A stretch of 64,000 nt of DNA from Dehalococcoidia bacterium (lineage in GTDB: Bacteria; Chloroflexota; Dehalococcoidia; Lucifugimonadales; UBA2985), in assembly GCA_963580875.1 (NCBI GenBank), contig CAUZMC010000002.1, positions 6,865 to 70,864 on the forward strand, read 5' to 3'. Shown piece after piece: positions 61,423 through 64,000 of this stretch (within the stretch, counting starts at the first letter, position 1; every line of letters begins with the position of its first letter). The notes under the pieces were generated by a model that worked only from the letters and a program-made list of their open reading frames with translations, was not told where the DNA came from and ran no database searches. A program made the translations under genes and the position numbers.

Positions 61423-61447
61423 ACTGATTGAATCAGTTCTTTTTGTT
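61423..61447 (+). terminator. weak intrinsic-terminator candidate after the 2-hydroxyacid dehydrogenase gene
   Basis: ACTGATT-G-AATCAGT (an effective stem of about 5 bp) is followed by TCTTTTTGTT. Confidence 0.3.
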
Positions 61448-61482
61448 ACATTTGCAACATGAATAAAATGGAGGAAAGAAAA

Positions 61483-62274
61483 ATGCCGAGGCAAAACATA
61501 CTCAGGCAAAAACTGAAAAACGGAGAGCCCACGTTGAGTACACATATCAACAGCGTTTGGCCCGCGGAGGTGGAGGCCATCGGGCATACAGGGTTTTACG
61601 ATTACGTGGAGTTTGTTGCGGAGTACGGCTCCTTTGACCTGCACGACCTGGACAATCTGTGCCGCGCCGCTGACCTTTACAACATGGGTAGCATGATCAA
61701 GGTAGATCAGAGTTTCATGCCGTACCTCACTCAGAGGGGTATCGGTGCCGGATTCGGCAGTGTCCTATTCACTGACGTCCGTAATATAGATGAGGTGCGT
61801 GAGTGCATTAAAGCCGCTAGGCCTGACCACCCCGATTACGGAGGACGTTATGGAGTGGCCACCAGGCGCAACTCCTATATGGGCTATGGTGGAACGCTTC
61901 AGTATGTTCAGTCCATAGCTGATACGGTGCTAATGTTTATGATTGAGAAGAAGGGTGCACTGGATAATTTGGAAGAGATTCTTGAAGAACCAGGGGTGGA
62001 AATGATCCAGTGGGGCGGGGCGGATTATTCGATGAACATAGGCCATCCGGCGGAATCGGACCACGCAGATGTCGTTGCAGCCAAGAAGAAAACATTTACC
62101 ACAGCAATAAGTATGGGAGTGCCTCCACGGGCTGAGATTGGGACTGCCGACCAGGCAAAGGAGTATCTGGACATGGGCGTCAGGCACTTCTCAGTTGGAA
62201 CCGACCTTGCAATCTTGTTCAGCTTCTGGAGGCGTGAGGGAGAGCTGATACTGAAGGCACTGGAGGGACGTTAA
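61483..62274 (+). CDS. HpcH/HpaI-family aldolase (second copy in the window)
   Basis: The track starts at 61459; the ATG at 61483 follows GGAGGA by 7 nt. Motifs are LRQKLKNGEPTLSTHI, GFYDYVEFVAEYGSFD and IEKKGALDNLEEILEEPGVEMIQWGGADYS. Confidence 0.8.
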   Translation: MPRQNILRQKLKNGEPTLSTHINSVWPAEVEAIGHTGFYDYVEFVAEYGSFDLHDLDNLCRAADLYNMGSMIKVDQSFMPYLTQRGIGAGFGSVLFTDVRNIDEVRECIKAARPDHPDYGGRYGVATRRNSYMGYGGTLQYVQSIADTVLMFMIEKKGALDNLEEILEEPGVEMIQWGGADYSMNIGHPAESDHADVVAAKKKTFTTAISMGVPPRAEIGTADQAKEYLDMGVRHFSVGTDLAILFSFWRREGELILKALEGR

Positions 62275-62606
62275 TCATACACGGTTCCTGTTGCCATGGA
62301 TGTTGAGATGGATCTACTCTTGCAGCGTTCTTGACGGAGAACATGTGGTGATGCATGGATTCAGACATATGTGTGAGATGAGGGTGCTCAGATGGTTTCA
62401 GGGAATGAAGGGATCGACTATATAGGAAACGTCGCATGCGCAGGTGAAAAAAGGTAGGCGAACTTGCAGACATGCGTAGTATAATCGACAATGATGTGTA
62501 CTGTAGATACCATTGTTATTAGGTATTGCCTCATGGCCGTTCACAGTGGATATTGGAAAGTGTGGTTCGGTTCGCAATCTCTTGATTTACCGGTTAGGAG
62601 TATTAT

Positions 62607-64000
62607 ATGGCACAGCTAAAAACAGCCTCTGGAAACGTTGTACAGGTACACGACCACTTGTATGAATTTGTGGAAAACGAAGTTCTCAAAGGCACTAAAT
62701 GGACAGTCGCCCAGGTGTTCGGGATGCTTGGCGAACTTGTAGAGGAGTTTGGGCCCAAGAACCGTGAGCTTTTGGACTCACGATCGGCCTATCAGAGCAA
62801 AATAGACGCATACTACCAGGGCAAAAGAAACAATGGATGGAGTCCAACATCTGAGTCTGCTGATGAAGATGCTGAAGACTTCGAGAAGTTTTTGGTGGAT
62901 ATTGGGTATCTAAATCCGTATAGACCTATAGATTTTCAGATGACTACGCCACAGCTTGACCCAGAAATGGGGCAAAACGGGCCTGAACTAGTTACTCCAG
63001 TTAATAATTCAAGTATGGCTGTTGGCGGAGCCAATGCTCGCTGGGGGAGTCTGTACGATGCATATTTCCTCAGCGATCTGCATGCGGAGATAGACAAGGA
63101 GGCACAACGAGCAGAGCGTCTTCTCATGGTTGTGAAAGAAACGAACATATTTCTAGATGAGCACGTCGCCAAATGGGAAGGTAATGTAGGATTTGGCGAT
63201 ATTGCCTCATATTCAGTGGCCCAGAGTGGCCAGGGAAAATACGAGCTTTTAGGTCACACATCCAAGGGTAGCGAAGTACGCCTACAGGAACCAGCCAAAT
63301 TCATCGGATTCAATCAGAATGAAAAGCAGGAACTGTACGAGTTCTTCTTGATTGATAATGGTCTGAGAATTCAATTGCAGCTCTATGAAGGCGGCAAAGT
63401 TAACGCCGATAATGGACAGTTAAGGGACCTTATTGTTGAATCGGCTGTTACCAACATCATTGATTTTGAGGATTCGGTAGCAGTTGTTGATGCCGATGAC
63501 ATGGTCGTGGCTTTGCGGAACTATTTGGGTCTTATAAAGGGAGATCTGCAGGCATACGGTTCTCGCGGCAATACCAAAACCATCAACTCAGATAAGACTC
63601 TGGTGGATGTGGATTCCAGTGAACAGACCTTGAAAGCAACCAGCCTTATGTCGGTTCGTAATGTGTCACTGCATATGTATACAGATATGGTGACTGTGGA
63701 TGGACGCGATATTCCGGAGAGATTTCTCGGAGTCTTGCTGACGACGCTTATTGCGACTTCACATGATAACGGATCCAATGGGGAGGCAAGAGAAGGCGAA
63801 GGCGAGATAGATACGTTGCCTGTTAGAGGCCCAAACAGTAGCAAAGGATATGTTTATCAGGTGACACCCAAGCTGCAGTCGGCCGAGGAAGTAACAGAGC
63901 AGGTAAGATTGTTTGAATACATTGAGGAACGGCTAAGCTTGGCAAAGGGGACTATCCTAATTGGAATCATGAACGAAGAGCTTGGCATGACGTTACAATT
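62607..64000 (+). CDS. glcB: malate synthase G, N-terminal two-thirds (open at the right window edge)
   Basis: Absent from the ORF track because there is no stop inside the window. The ATG at 62607 follows TAGGAG by 6 nt. The translation MAQLKTASGNVVQVHDHLYEFVENEVLKGTKWTVAQVFGMLGELVEEFGPKNRELLDSRSAYQSKIDAYY... and the later NARWGSLYDA and LIGIMNEELG match the MSG pattern. Confidence 0.85.
   Translation, partial: MAQLKTASGNVVQVHDHLYEFVENEVLKGTKWTVAQVFGMLGELVEEFGPKNRELLDSRSAYQSKIDAYYQGKRNNGWSPTSESADEDAEDFEKFLVDIGYLNPYRPIDFQMTTPQLDPEMGQNGPELVTPVNNSSMAVGGANARWGSLYDAYFLSDLHAEIDKEAQRAERLLMVVKETNIFLDEHVAKWEGNVGFGDIASYSVAQSGQGKYELLGHTSKGSEVRLQEPAKFIGFNQNEKQELYEFFLIDNGLRIQLQLYEGGKVNADNGQLRDLIVESAVTNIIDFEDSVAVVDADDMVVALRNYLGLIKGDLQAYGSRGNTKTINSDKTLVDVDSSEQTLKATSLMSVRNVSLHMYTDMVTVDGRDIPERFLGVLLTTLIATSHDNGSNGEAREGEGEIDTLPVRGPNSSKGYVYQVTPKLQSAEEVTEQVRLFEYIEERLSLAKGTILIGIMNEELGMTLQ

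Noticed and set aside
62275-62606. A 330-bp leader lies upstream of glcB and could hold a riboswitch or promoter. It contains a TATAAT at about 62480.
   Set aside because: I could not find a properly spaced -35 element or any riboswitch consensus I recognise. The overlapping 90-aa minus-strand ORF (62219..62491) looks spurious.
1-64000. I searched by eye for CRISPR arrays, rRNA genes, transposases or integrases, toxin-antitoxin pairs, and known defence-system genes.
   Set aside because: I saw no regularly spaced short repeats, no rRNA-like sequence, no DDE/tyrosine/serine recombinase motifs, and no recognisable defence genes. The only mobile-element trace is the decayed tRNA-Leu fragment, reported separately.

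Overview
The window looks like a gene-dense bacterial chromosome segment with moderate GC, judged by eye. I call about 65 protein genes, 5 tRNAs and 1 decayed tRNA fragment. I found no rRNA, no CRISPR array, and no transposase or integrase ORF. The gene order (rny-ymdB, infC-rpmI-rplT, dnaX-ybaB-recR-recO) and the abundance of family III CoA-transferases, MFS transporters and DUF35/thiolase pairs suggest a Chloroflexota (Dehalococcoidia or SAR202-like) organism. That taxonomic guess is inference only. Housekeeping content includes a scattered folate set (folC, pabB-pabC, folP-folK, metF, and a stand-alone formyltransferase resembling the N-terminal domain of 10-formyl-THF dehydrogenase). It also includes trxB, nadE, rny, plsY, lipB, ybeY, and the tRNAs Phe, Gly, Leu and two Ala. 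The accessory-looking core spans about 26.4-42.8 kb. On the minus strand it holds an apparent operon of MarR, three tandem MFS paralogs, DUF35, a thiolase-like protein and two translationally coupled family III CoA-transferases. Facing it on the plus strand is a molybdenum-hydroxylase large subunit without FeS or FAD partner genes, then a MoaD/ThiS-like protein ending GG-SD, an OFA-type MFS, an Ldh_2 dehydrogenase, an FAH-family hydrolase and a small barrel-like protein. The single most unusual object is a 738-aa ORF that fuses a complete cysteinyl-tRNA synthetase to a GT2 glycosyltransferase domain. Other points worth a second look:
- a decayed tRNA-Leu 3' copy 1.1 kb downstream of the intact tRNA-Leu
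- a strong-SD, Cys-rich 22-codon micro-ORF
- an apparent frameshift in a small AsnC-type RAM-domain gene
- a split EamA transporter pair
- a probable non-AUG infC start
- an A-run with an immediate -1 frame stop in dnaX
- a perfect 30-nt tandem repeat
- a 35-bp perfect palindrome
All functional calls come from motif and sequence recognition by eye. No database search was run.
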